Shown here: in pieces, positions 24,201 to 37,730 of the stretch
Layout of the letters: each line of letters begins with the position of its first letter
Numbering within the stretch: the first letter of the stretch is position 1
Origin: the human T2T-CHM13v2.0 reference genome, Homo sapiens
Direction: 5' to 3' (one strand)
Length of the DNA: 64,000 nt
Assembly (NCBI RefSeq): GCF_009914755.1
Contig: NC_060926.1
Made by a program: the position numbers and the translations under genes
The notes under the pieces: generated by a model
Told to the model about the DNA's origin: nothing
Seen by the model: the letters and a program-made list of their open reading frames with translations, nothing else
The model's database searches: none

Positions 24201-27200
24201 CAGCAAAAGGATTTTACAGTGATTCTGGTGAGAAGGGACAGAAATTACAAAGGAGAAGTAGAAGTCTTCCTTCTTTTTTTTAATCAGAGTGCCTTTGTGT
24301 GAGGGTACACCAAGCTTTGACGTGAGCGATGTTTAGGTTTGCGTTGCGAGCAAGAGTAAATTCAGTTTGTGCAACAATCTATATGTGTATGGGAAGAGAA
24401 TTTTTAAAAATACAATAAAATGTTATCTCTGATTAGAAAAGAAAGATGAATTCTCCTGCTAAACCAGGTAACCCTAAAAGCGTGTTAACATGAAATACTA
24501 AATAAAATGCTACTCATCTATAATAAATCTTATTACACATTTTGGCAATTTTACTACTAACATAGTGAAGGTTTCAAGCAATGTTTGAAAATAGAAATCT
24601 TAAATTGAATCATTGTTGCATGAATATATGCAAAATATTCATTTCTAGCACTGTGAGGGTTGAGTGCTTTTAAATTGGAGAAATCACTCATGACTTCACC
24701 TTTTCATGCAAGATAAAGTTGTATGTGGTAACATCATTACAATGTCATGAAAGGAGTGGAAATCATACAACAGTTCTGCCTAAAGCTAATATACAAAAAA
24801 AGGGCTTCAATATTTTTCAATATTGTTCAATATTTAAAGGTGCAGTGCAGGGCTTTAAATATATTTAAGAAAAATCATTAGGCTTTGGATGTCAGTGAGG
24901 CCTTTACTGAGCTCAGAGACTAATAAAATCATTGATGAGATCTCTTTAATATTTAACGGAATTCATGTCTTAGGTAGTCGCGTATTTTCCACTCCTGTCT
25001 CTGCAGATGGGGCTAAATACAGATTTTTTAAAAAAAGATTTATGAGAAAGTGATTATAGATTTTCTTAACTATAGCACTAAAATAAAACTATTTACTCAA
25101 TATACTGTCATAACAAGAGAAAAAGCATTATGACATTTTAATAGGATTTCCTATCACTTCTTTAACAGAAGACAGCTTCAAAAGTAGCTGATACATTTAC
25201 ACACACTAACAATCAGGGAATTCAATCAGTGAAAACAAATGAGCAGATTTTCAAATGAGTTGCCGAACCATGAATCATCAATAGAGGGTTAGGAGGATTG
25301 TGAGAAACTGTGATTTTAAAAAAATATATTGAGGACAACAATTATTGTTTTGCTCATGGATTTCTTTTTTTTTTTCCTAAACAGTTATTTTTAAAAATTA
25401 GGAGCCAAAGTCCAGACTCAAAATTCTATGTCTTGTGTGTGAGCACGCATGTGTATGTGTGTATGCATGCTCACTGAAATGAGAATAGCTCTCCTTCAAT
25501 TATATTATTTGTGTAGAGTTAATCTCTGGGAGAATATCAGTCTCACTAAGGTAAAGTAAGGCATTCACAGGCTCAACTTTAAACCCTGTTTATGTGTGAA
25601 ATTGATAGCTCCATTTCTGTTATCAAGTCACCAGTCCAGCACTTTAAAGTCATGGTCTGCAAAATAAAATTGTCTCCCTTTTGAATGCCAACCCCTAAAA
25701 CCAAATATTCCCATTTATTAAAATAAAAATGTAAATTTATAAATTATCATCCTATTTTTATGTAAAAGCATTCTGGAAAGTACCACATACCATTGTCACA
25801 TGGCAAACAGCCCTCCCCATCATTGGCTGTTGCTAGGCTACCAGGAAATGGAATGGACCATTGCCAATGATGAATTAACTGATGAGCCAGGATGACAGTA
25901 ATCTTTGTCACTGGATGCAGTAGCTGTCTGAGCCCTGTCATTTTCTGCATTTCATGTTAAACAGATATACCTAGATTGTAAAACAATACAAAGAAGAATC
26001 TGAAAAGAAAGAAGTAAACTTTGACAATCAGAGGGCAGTAGCTTTTTATATAACACACAAGGCTTATTACCTTCCCTGAAGAATGCAATCCAACATTCAT
26101 TAGCTTTTCTTTTTTAAATTAAAATCTGTGAGCAAATGAAACTTTGTTCTACATCAATAAAGCAGATTCAAAGGGATGCATACTGGGAAGCACTCTGTAA
26201 TCTGTCTATACAAAGCCAAAACATCCAGCTGTAATATGAAAAAAATCACAAAATAATCAGGATGTTTGGTCCATGATGTTAACCATTGGGATATGTGCAT
26301 ATGTGAGAGTGTCTTTATTTGGTGAATTGTACAGACAAAGATGACTGACCAAATCTTAGTGTTTGGACTTTTTAGACTTTATAGGCACAAATAACTGTAG
26401 GGATTGAAATACTCAGTGAATAATGTCATGTCTACACACAACAAAAGATTTTTTCCATCTGGAAGAAACTGACTAATTCAATCACATCGATTTTTTTCAT
26501 GAATTATCAATGAAAATATTGAAGGGATTAGTGGTTTAGTTCTCCTTGGAGTTTCACCCTCAGACTAGTCATAAACTCTTCCAAGACAGAGGACAGGGAC
26601 TTAGAGGTTCTGAACAGTTGAGTTCAAGGAAAGATAGAAGTAAAGCAAATGTATGCTTAGAGGTGTGAGCATGCATCATAGCAGGAATTGCTTGGATAGA
26701 AGTGGAAAAAAATTGCTGGCCCAATGAAGGCAAGCGGGTGTTGAGGACACTAGCACAGTGAGACACTACCAGCCAGGAAATTATACTGCAAACAAACATG
26801 GCTTGACCTAAAGCAGGAAGACTGATTTTCATAAGCTACACAAGAAAATCTGCCTTATTATATTTTCAAAGAGTGAGAGGGAAAGAATAAAGAAGGAAGA
26901 CCCAGCAGTGGAACTTTTGACACTGGGAGTATTTAATGATCAAGATCATAAGGGAGAAATAGTATTGAGGGAGAGGCAACATCAGGTAGAGTCAATTTGG
27001 CATTAAAAATGATGTCTTGCCCAACCATTTCTATATCTAGTTTTTTCCCCAAAATAGTCCTGGGGACAAAGCTCCATATCTGGATTGACATTTGTGCTGA
27101 CACCATATCCCCTCTAGAAATTTGAGGAATGGCACACTAATCAGGTGTCCTTCTCCTGCTTGACTATGCAGTAACTTACTCATTATGAAATGAACTAGTT

Positions 27201-27944
27201 CTCTTAGATATACAAAGTGGATGTGAGCAGATGAGTGTGAGTTTGCATATGTGTGTGAGTGTGTATGCGTGTGTGTGTGGGTGTGTGTAGTTTCAGTGGT
27301 TTTAAGACAAAGGATTTGCCAATGAGAAAGGAACTCTGGGATCTCGTTAGTCCCTGCATTAGTGAAAAGATGAATGGCAAGGGGTTCTTTGGACCTAATA
27401 CTTCATAGCACTCAAGGCCTGTTCTGCTCTTTTTTAACGTGTGGATTTTTGAAATGATAGATCATAACTATAGGCCCAATGCGTGTGAATGTGGATTGTA
27501 TGCACTTAATATTTCAGGAGAAGTGTATGCAACCTAATCCAATCACTCTTAAAAATGTGGAAAATGGAAATGCATAAAGAAAGCTGCTGGCATAAAAGAG
27601 AATAAAGAAGAAATATTGATGAAGCTCTGTATGGATTAGGCAAAATATATTCATGTAGCATTTGAATATATACGTATATGTATATATATATTCTGATATA
27701 TGTATGTTTATATTCATTTAATATATATGTACACATATACACATGTATGTATACTAGATAATCAATGTATTAAAACAAATCAAATCAGAAAGTTTATGTT
27801 TTGAAGTTAAAATAGCGACCTGTCTTCCACTGTGGATTTTTGTTACCTCCTTTGTAAGGATCTAGAGAATTAAAGGAGATCTTTAATGAGATCATAACCA
27901 ATACCTCAAAAATATTAGCAAATATTGGAGAAGTGTCCTAGCTA

Positions 27945-28190
27945 GTGAATAAAAGTATTGATTCTGGAGATCTGAGTATCCAGGTATAAATTTCAACTCT
28001 GCCACTATTTAACCTCTTAGTCTCAACCAAGTGACTTAACCCCTTCTTGCTCCTGTTTTTTCATTATAAAATAAGGGGGCTGGGTGATAGCAATAGTACT
28101 TACTACTGGATGAGTTAATATTATTTTTGAACCACTTATAACAGCACCTGGCACATAATAAGAATGATAGAAGTGTTTGTTAAATAAATA
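27945..28190 (+). mobile_element. MIR SINE
   Basis: gattctggag...tcaactctgccactattt...caagtgacttaacccc...ttcattataaaataaggg...acagcacctggcacataataag. Confidence 0.75.
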
Positions 28191-28812
28191 TGCATGTGCA
28201 TGGTATTTGTCCAGGAAGTATTATGAAAGAAGGTTTTGAAATTGTCTTTCTTATAAAAAGCAGAACATTTCATCTTAATGGTTTCATGCTGGTAAACTCT
28301 TAACCCACAGCCCAGTGTGGATGTAGGCTGATTCTTGGTCCTTAGTAACTTAGTTCTCTGGACCTAGAGTAGGAAGGTTGCACCCCCTTGGGTCTGCTTC
28401 CCTGACACCAGGGTCCTCTCCAACTACCTGTCTCCTGGGAATAAATAGCTAGTCATCTTAGCTGCCCTAGATTGTCCTCCTCATCTTTTTCACTCCAGTT
28501 TATGGCTTAGCATTAAGATTTTTGGAAAGAAAGAGAGGCAGAGAAAAAGGGACAGAGAAACTTTTCCCAAAAAACAGTGAGAAACACTGGATGGAATATG
28601 TTATGGTGGGTAGGAAAAAAAAAAAAAAAAAACGGAGAGACCCCGGACCAAGGACAAAAACAAACACAAAAACCATTCAGCCAGCACCTGGCCATAAAAT
28701 GGCTGAGACTTGAGACAAGGAGGGAAAGGGAGACAGAATAACTCTTGTGAACAAGAAAGCAAAGTCGTGGCGCCGTGGCCACATTGTCCCATTGCATGTC
28801 CCACACAACATC

Positions 28813-29035
28813 TATTCATTCAACCATGTTTACTGAGTACCTGAGAAGATCCCCAAAATGTGATCAAAATATTCAAAAATCCTTGCCCTTATAGAGCTTA
28901 CACTCCATAGAGGAAGAAGCAACATAAAAAATAACCAAACAAGTAAATTATGTGATGCATTAAGTGATAACAAGGACTAAAGGAGGAAAGAAGACTAGAG
29001 GGTTAGGAGTGGATGGGTGCAGCCAGGGGCCTCAT
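28813..29035 (-). mobile_element. L2 3' fragment
   Basis: tattcattcaaccatgtttactgagtacc...aaaaatccttgcccttatagagcttacactc. Confidence 0.7.
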
Positions 29036-29742
29036 ATGCCACCAGAGTCTGGCACTACACAGCCCGCAGGGGAAGAGGGTTTGTTCTTAGACCACTTATC
29101 TAATCACTTTCTGATTATTAGATTTTTACCCACATTCTCCCATTATGAGCTCTCCTATGACAGCCTCCTGCCTTGCCTCTCCCCTCACATAAAACCACTG
29201 GTCTTGTATGGAGAAAGAAAGATAAACCCAGAGTCTTTTGATTCTTGATTCCACCCCGAAGGACCAGATTCTGCTTCTCACATCCTCCCACGGGGATAAT
29301 TCCTGGAACACAGCATCACAGGAAACCCCGATGCCAAGTTTCTCTTCTCCAGAAGAGCCTTTTGCCTCGGTCTTCCATAGTGCCTATTGTCTGATGAGCT
29401 GCTTATTGTCATCTATGGGGCCCCTTTAGCAGAGAAAAAGGCCATTGAAAACACAGATGAGCATTTCCAAACAGGGAAGGAGTGTGCCTCTTCTCTTCCA
29501 CTCCCCTTCTTCAACAGATTATACACAAGCTTCTTAGCATGCCCTCCACAGTCTCCTTTTAGAGCTTTCTTCTCTTCCTTGGTCTTGTTTCCCATCTTTT
29601 TCTCCTTGTCTTCAAAGCCTCATAGTAGTGGATGGTTTGGGATGCCTCATCAGGTTTGAGATGAAAGGACTGAGGAAAAGAATGTAAGTATGGCTGGAAG
29701 GGAATGACCACAAAGGGAGGCCACCTGAGCCATGCTGTGAAC

Positions 29743-30049
29743 TTTTTTTTTTTTCTTTTTCTTTTTGAGACAGGGTCTCACTCTGTCTCCCAGGTTGTAG
29801 TGCAGTGGTGCAATCACCAATCACTGCTCACCAGAGTCTTGACCTCCAGGGCTCAGATGATCCTCCTACCTCAGCCTCCAGGGTAACTAAGACTGCAGGA
29901 ACCTACCACCATGCCTGGCTAATTTTTTGTATTTTTTGTAAAGAAGAGGTTTTGCCATGTTGCCCAGGCTGGTCCCAGACTTCTGGGCTCAAGCAAGCTG
30001 CCTGCCTCCCAGAGTGCTGGGATTACAGGTGTGAGCCACTGTGTCTGGC
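29743..30049 (-). mobile_element. AluJ, full length, diverged
   Basis: Poly-T then gagacagggtctcactctgtc...tgttgcccaggctggtc...ctgggctcaagc...gtgctgggattacaggtgtgagccact (J-type features). Confidence 0.92.
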
Positions 30050-30074
30050 ATTTGGCCATGCTCTTTATTCACAT

Positions 30075-30235
30075 TTCATGATCTGTGACTCTAGGCAAGT
30101 TACTTAACCTCTCTGAATGTCAGTTTCTTCATCTATAAAATTAGGTGAAAATACTACCTCAAAAAAACCTGGTTTTAAGAATTAAATGAATAATCCAGGT
30201 TAAGCATTTAGAACAGTGTCTGGTCAATGCTTACT
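30075..30235 (+). mobile_element. MIR SINE
   Basis: ctgtgactctaggcaagttacttaacctctctgaatgtcagtttcttcatctataaaat...aagcatttagaacagtgtctgg. Confidence 0.85.
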
Positions 30236-31639
30236 TTAAAATGGAGTTATTTTTGTTGTTGTTTACATGGCCCTGAATGGAAAAAGGACTCAGAATAACA
30301 AGCCTTCAAAGGAAAAGAAAATGGAAGCCAGTGGCTCTTTCAAGTGATTTTGTTGCTGTATGATTACAGTCAAGCTTGGGTTCATTACATTTTTATATTT
30401 TACCTAGTGGAGCAATTTGATAGTCTGCATGAAAATGGCAATCTTTCAGCATCACCCCAAGGTTAAGTCCCTTAGAGAGACCAAGGACTGAAGCAGTAGG
30501 GACAAAATATAATGCTTTTAAATAGTTTTCAGAAGATGGGGAAAACACAAAGGTGTTTTTTGCTAGTACTGTCTTTTCAGCAGAACTAGAACACAGCCTT
30601 CAAGCTCCTATAGACATGCCTGACTCCAACTGGAGGGTGAAGCACTTTTAGAGGGAAATCAGCCCCTTATAAGCCCTGAGACACATACTTCAGGGGCCAG
30701 CGACCTGTGCAAAAAGCACCTTTTGGAAAAGAAAATATGCAAATAGGATATTAGAAATGGGATCATATTTCTTACCTAATAGGCCATACTGGTCATCCTG
30801 TGATGGGCATAATAATTCTGCTTGGAACTTTAAAATGAAAGAAAGAAACTTGGTATCTCAGCCTGTTCAAATACAGATGCTTTCATCTCATGAGAGTGAA
30901 TTGACTGCCTTAGTACATCTGAAGTCTGGCGAAATAGCGATTGAACTGAGTGAAGGGGTTATGAACGAGCAGACCATAATGGTGCCCCCAGGAGGAGAAG
31001 AAGGGGGCCCCAGGTACTGAGAGAAGGTGCCCTCCAATAGGTCTTTCCCCAATTATTGATTATAATATAACCTTTTCTCAGCAAATCAGAGAAATCTACT
31101 CAGCATTATTAGAAGTCTCTATTATGATCTAAAAACAGCCTGATAGAAATAGCTATATAGTTAACCGAATATTCAGTGGCCTTCAATATTTTGGAGTGAT
31201 AATCACAAAGCCAACAATAGCTGGTGGTGACCATGTCTACACATGAAAATCGCATGCATTACAGTGGAGAAAAGTGCTTCTTCAGTGTCTTCTAGAGCAG
31301 ATAGGAGTGGAAGAATATTTGGCTGAATTCACCTTTTTCTTTTCTCTGGATTCCATCAAATGGATTTGTGTTTGGGAACAGAAATACAAGCTTCCAAGAA
31401 ACAGTTTGTAATTTCAGCCCAGAAAGAATGAAGATTCTTGTCTTCAGATCTCAGATTAGGTACTTCTGCTTCCCTGGTGCTCTGTAGAAGTATCGCTATC
31501 TAAATATGTCCAGTACACAGTTTTCTACATGAGAGTTTTGTTTTTCTCTCTTAAGTGTAGCAACTTAAAATTCATCCTTGTACATAGTCAAGTCCATTTT
31601 TTTCCTCCCCATGTAGTCCTTACTACAACTGATACTAGA

Positions 31640-32170
31640 GATACAAACCCCTCTGCCCTTAATCCTGTTCTTAGGAAACAAGCCCAGTGTTCTGAAAGCA
31701 GCAGCCCAGCACACATGACCTCTCCTCTCCCCCTTGTTTCCCCATAACACTGCTTAGATGAGGAGTAGACATGGGTGCTGCAGCAGATTCTTTCTCCCAG
31801 GAGTCCTAAACAGGAAAAGCAGAATCTGCATTTCTTTAGCATAAGGAATGTGAGCTGAAAAGTCATATAGATTTGCAGGCTAAGGCCACCATTTGAAAGC
31901 AGCCATGATGAGCCATGTATAAACCGGTATGTACACAGAGAAACTCACCTTTAGAGAGAGGAGAATAAACCATAGAAACAACGAGCAGCAGAGAGGAGGG
32001 ATGATGGGATAAGAGAGAGGAACGAGTAGTTACCCATTTCCCCATTTCTGTGAGGCAAAGCTCAGTATATATGGATTTCATGAATACCCGCGAAGCCTTC
32101 TAATAACACCTATTCTTTTTAGCTTATTCATGTAGGTTCTCTTCTTTATACCAAATAATTCCTAAAACAA
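31640..32170 (+). mobile_element. Old ERVL-type solo LTR (LTR16-like)
   Basis: cagattctttctcccaggag, ggccaccatttg and a 3' end aataacacctattctttttagcttattcatgtaggttctc resemble the LTR16/MLT1J-L 3' ends; highly diverged. Confidence 0.5.
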
Positions 32171-32794
32171 ATGGTAAGTAGTATGTAGACACATCATGGC
32201 ACAGACACTTCAGTATATCTTGTGATGGTTCAAAGGTATCATATTAGAATTTCAGGACATTAGTGTTGGGTAAGTATAGACAACATAGGAGTTCAGAAGA
32301 TGAAGGACTCATATTACAGAGAAAATTCTATGGCTATCTGTGGGCTAGGCATTGAACAGCTCAGGGAAGGGGTTGTCTTCCCAGTATTATTTCATGAAAA
32401 GTTGGCAAGCCTGTCAATGCACGTAGGTACCATAGTGATAAGCGCTACGTAAACCCAGAGAGGGAGATTAAAATCACCAAGGATGATGAATGCTAATTGC
32501 TATCTTCATTTGTAGTACAACTGGCTTTAGAGAACAAAGTTAAGTATCCCCTGATCCCTGGAGGCAGCCCTCTAGATGGGACTGAAAGAACATTACAAAG
32601 GCCTTTACATAGACGAAGGATGGGGGAAGCATGCTCTTGCCTATCATAAAGGAACTCCTTCTGATTTCCTAATCATCCCGTCAAAAAACAGATGGACGTC
32701 TGACATGTGTGCGTAAAATGAATGGATATGCCTGTATGAATATCCATAAGTGAATATGGTATGGATTTAATTGTCAACATTCATTGAACAAACA

Positions 32795-32955
32795 TTTAGA
32801 GTATAGGAGATTTCATTCTGCACTCTGCCACTTTATTAGCAGTATGGCTAAGTTTTCCTATCAGTAAAATTGGTATAATAATACCAACTCCATTGAGTAG
32901 GTGTGAGGTTTAAATGACATAATTTTAGGTACATAGTAGGTACTGAAAAATGTGC
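32795..32955 (+). mobile_element. MIR SINE
   Basis: ctctgccactttattagcagtatgg...tcagtaaaattggtataataatacc...gtgaggtttaaatga...gtacatagtaggtact. Confidence 0.7.
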
Positions 32956-35900
32956 CATGAAATTTTACTACATAGCATGTACTTTTACAGGTTAACTATT
33001 AATAAAATCCTAATGTAATTACTTGAATATAATACTAGATGGAACCTTCTTAAAAGAATTCCTTCCTGTGCTATCAAATGTTTCACTCTGATATATTTAT
33101 TGATATTCACATTACAACATCTACAAAAACCTGGAATGCCTTAAACAAGCAGAATGTAAGGAAAGAGCCTAGGCCTTCCTGCCTACCCACCTACCCATCT
33201 ACCTAATAGTAAACGGCTTCCACGTTCTTGCCATTATGCAATTGTCTGGAAATACCTGAACCATTGCAAAGTCCATGTGGTTTGAATATCACATGAGTGG
33301 TAATCAAACTAACTATATTATGCTAACAAATGATGCCCAACTGGCACTTAATAAGCTCTTCTAATCACCTTTCTACTTTAGGTCATACCGAAATAGTGTC
33401 TTCCTGCTTCCTCAGGCCCCTTTGCTGTAATCAGAAACCACTGTCTCACACCTTACTGTATACTATAGATATCATCTCAACACTGCTCCCCTTTCTCACA
33501 TTTTTCCCACCTTCAACAACTAGCTGTTTTCTACTTTTCCTCTCAAAAACACTACACCAAGATATAAATAATATGATTGACCCTTCTTAAAAAATCCATC
33601 CCAATATTTTTTAAAACTAGGAAAAGATGATCATTCTATGCTGAATTGAGCAGTTAACTCAGTCAACATTTTCCCAGTAGCATTCTCTTGCTGTGCACAG
33701 ACAAAATGAGCCCTCATCACTTCTCTCTCACCCACCTCCCACTCCAGCCTCTCCAAAGACTGTGTATGAGATCATTCCCTAAGGATCTTCCTTCATTAAA
33801 AAGGCAACGTGGAGTTTCCAGTAAGAAGCTTCTCTTCGACAGCAGACCAGAATGTTAGCAAGAGAACCCTACAAGATGTGCACACACATATAGCAGTGGT
33901 TTAAAGGATAACAGCTTTGCGTTGGGCACAGGTCAGGGAACTTTGGTATGGAGAACAGGTGGGCTACCTGACAACCAGCAGGCAGCCTTGCTTTTGACTA
34001 CCGCCATTTTAAATCAGGATGTTTGGCAAATCATTAGTGTCTGCTAGTTATTAAACAGAGGAAAGTTCAAAAGCCCACGCATGTTTTTCTCCCAGCTTCC
34101 CAGGTGGTAGCTGTTTCAAGCAGCAACCTTTTCACTTTGTGCAGCAAGACTTGTAAACTTCCTGTGGCTAAAACCGTGTTTTCTAACCGGGTGCCTGCAA
34201 CAGAGCCACAGCCTCACAAGACTTGCAAAACCCATATGTAAATCTCTGTCTAAGGAGTTGCCATTCCCTCTTCTTGCAAGTTTATTGTTGAAATTACTGA
34301 AATGTACACAAATGACTGCATTTGAAGGTGAAATTTGGTGGAAAAATAAAGATATAATAGGATTCTTTCTTAAATAATTTCCTGGTGCGATGTCTGTCTA
34401 AAAAAATGAAGTAAAATTATATGATGTCAAAAAATCATGTTTCAAAATGATTGACAACATGTGAATGTTTTGCATTGTGAAATGAGGTGGAAAATTTTAA
34501 TTGCATGATGGGAGGACATAATATTTATTAGAACCTTGTAACTACAGAGGATTGCAATGAAGAGGACACAATTTTAAATTTGGCGTTAATATGTCAAGTC
34601 TAAGTCTTAAATGAACATGCAGGAGTAAAATTCTTTATCAAAGCCTTTTCTTAGAGTGTATGATTAAGTTTTCAGATTCTAATAACTAAACAGGATCGAC
34701 GTGTGGGGCACGTCCACATCCTGACAAAGAGGCTCATTAGTCTGCATTCGTACTCCATGTTGAACAGTGTTACCACACACCACATGCCTAGGTCAGAGAG
34801 AAACAGAGTTGATCTCATGCAGGGCTCACAGGAGAGGTGATGGTGTAGCTGGAGGCCTGGGATTGTAAAGAATGCAGAGAATGAGGAAAAGAACTGTAAA
34901 TGAAACAGAGGGCTGAGAAAAAGATACAGAAAGTATAAGAAACTATATGAGAAAGTGGCAAAACAAAAATCTAGATCCAATTTACCTTTAACTAAACTGT
35001 GAATGCAAATGACTCAGCCAAGGGTGGTAAATGGCATCTACATTTGTTGGTCAACTTGTCAGCTTCTAAAACCAGAACAAGCCACAAATGATAAATGTGG
35101 CTGAGTTCCTTCTTAATGGCTCCATAACCCTCTATGCCTTGATAAAAGGAAATGAGGACTCTGCTTCCCCACAGGAGAAAAACAGTACTAAGGTCAAGGC
35201 AGAAACACATCCTCAGACCCCACCCTCCCATCTGACTCTCCCATACATCAATAGATTTATTGATCAGATTAGGAACCGTAGGTTCACTGGCTTTCCTCCC
35301 ATCCTGCCCCAAATTCTACCACTCAAAGAAATTTTACCTCTCATTCTATAATAGTTGCAGCAACTAAAACTCAAAAGGGGATTTTTTTTTTGAGGGAGGA
35401 GGCATTGCTGGAGATGCCTAAAACTGCCAGCATCAACAATATTATTAAGATTATGAGAAAAGAGAAACATAAAGAAAAGTTGTTCCTGCCACCAAGCAGG
35501 AGAATGATAGGGAAGCATTTTTCTTTCTCCCGCTCTCTGCGATTGATACTGGTGCTGCTTCACATGAATATGGCAAGGACGTAAATCATTGAGTTGGAAA
35601 TCCTAGAGGGTCAGTGAATGGGTCTGTAACTAGTGGAGCAGAAGAGGTCAGAAATTAAAATGGTTAGCAATGAGCAATAAGAAATCTGAGAAAGGCTTAA
35701 AGAGGACTCGGAAATAGATACTTTATGGCCTCTTTCTTGCAGAATTGAAGAGATGAGCTGGGAATAAAAGAACAAAGATTTGGCCAAGAAAATAGAAAGT
35801 CACCATCTTGTGATCAATTTTTTTTTCACAGCTCTATGTTTGGTGTTTCCTACTTATCCCAATACCACAGATACTTGAAAACCAAACATCTAATAATATA

Positions 35901-37084
35901 CATACAAACATACCCCTTCTATTACAGTTTTTTGCTTTCCTAGATCTGATTACTGAATGAAAAATTTCTACCTGATACAAACAATATTTTTCATTAAGCC
36001 TCTGCATTTATTTGTTAGCCAAAATAATTTTTTTAGTAGTAAGAGTAAATTGTTCCACAAAATTAATACCTCATCTCATGTACATAATGCAAAGCCCAAG
36101 ATATTTAAAATGCCTCTTTCCCCTCCCAGAGAACAGAATTTAAGTATTATGGATTCAAAACTTCACAGGTTCCTTTATGCAAGCCACTGAAGACTTATCT
36201 TCCACCTGCTCATATTGTTTGCCGCATTCCGATCAGAGAGGGAATTTGCGTCTCTGAACCAACAGATATAAAGTGCACGAGAACATCACAAAGTAATTAC
36301 AAGTTTATGACATCATCTTAATATTACAAGGGAGAGAATGAAAGACCCAAGAGAAACTTGTGATTTCCCTTTTGGGAAAACATTAATGGATGCTTACAAT
36401 CTGTTTTCTTTTGTTTTGATGTTACAACCAATAATACACTTTTATGTCTATAAATAAAGACTAAAGTTGAATAAATCCAACAAACCCCTGAGCCTGCAGC
36501 TTGGAATCTTGATTCACATTCAAGGCCAAGATTTATGAGTCACTTGCAGAGAATAAGTTGAAGCTGCAAGATTTGGGGGGAAATTATTCCACATGGCGAT
36601 TATTTGGGGGAGTGATTATGCATGCACACCTGATCACGGTGTCACCTGCTCCAGCTCGTCCGACATGATAAAACATGGCAATTTTCTCTATTTCCCTTTG
36701 CTTGCACAACAGAAACTGATGTGCACAACCTCACGCCATTCATTTTTAGATGTGCCTTCTTGTCAGAGGCATCCCTCTATTCCCACTTGAGTGCTGACTT
36801 CTGGAGGCGTTGTGTGCTGATTTATGTAAATGCCTTGATGACTGGAAAGGGAAATGAGAAACACCAACACTAATGACCAATAGTAGAAAAAACCAGCTTT
36901 ACAGATAGATATTTCCTATCCTCATATGATGGGCTGTTTTCTCGGACATTTACCACCTCCACCCCCACCATCCACATGCTCACTTTACAAGTTTTAAATT
37001 ACAGTTGAGGCCATTGGGAAAGTTCTCTTGGGCTTTCTCGCCCAATTCTGCTCTATAGGGATGTCTTCAGAACAGGGAGGGCTT

Positions 37085-37730
37085 TCTTCTCTTTCGGGAG
37101 AGTTCCCTGAGTGTGCTACCTCCCCTTAAATACCTGCAACACTGGCCGTGATGGGGCCTCACCACCTCCCCAGGCAGTTCACTTCAGTGCCTAATTGCCC
37201 TTACTGGGAAGAGATTTTTCCTAATGTCTCCTAACCGACATTTTCCCCTTTCCTTAGTTTCAAGCCGTTACTTCTTATTAGACCATTCTCAACTACTGCA
37301 AGCAATCCTCTCCTTTCCTTAAAATTATTATTGCTCAAATATTTGTAGACAGTTAGCATAGCCTTCCATCTCGCCAACTCCTTTTCCCGAAAGCTTTAAA
37401 TGTTATGTTCCTTTAACCTTTCTTTATAGGTCATCTCTTCTAATCTTTTTATCTTTTTTGTCACCCTTCTCTGGGTTCTCTCTAATTTACAGTATTGATG
37501 TTCTCTTTATAATGAGGTGCCCCAAACAGTATGCTGTGCTCCATAAGTGGCTGCCAGGAGAGGCATAATTACAGGAACTCCATTTTCCTATAAGCAACAC
37601 CCCCAGCCCCCACCACCCCTGCCGTATATGCTGTGGGCCTCTGTAGAGCATTTGTCTTTTTCACAGCTGCACTACATTATCTAAATACACTATCAGCCCC
37701 AATTCCTTCTCCCATTTGTCTCGTGAAGAC
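37085..37730 (-). mobile_element. CR1/L3 LINE fossil, C-terminal ORF2 and 3' end
   Basis: Minus strand translates, with frameshifts, to AAVKKTNA...FGAPHYKENI..KLERTQRRVTKKIKRLEEMTYKERLKE...RSNGLKLRKG...DIRKNLF, matching the CR1 ORF2 C-terminus (WAPHYKKDI.KLERVQRRATKMI.GLE...YEERLKEL). Confidence 0.85.
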
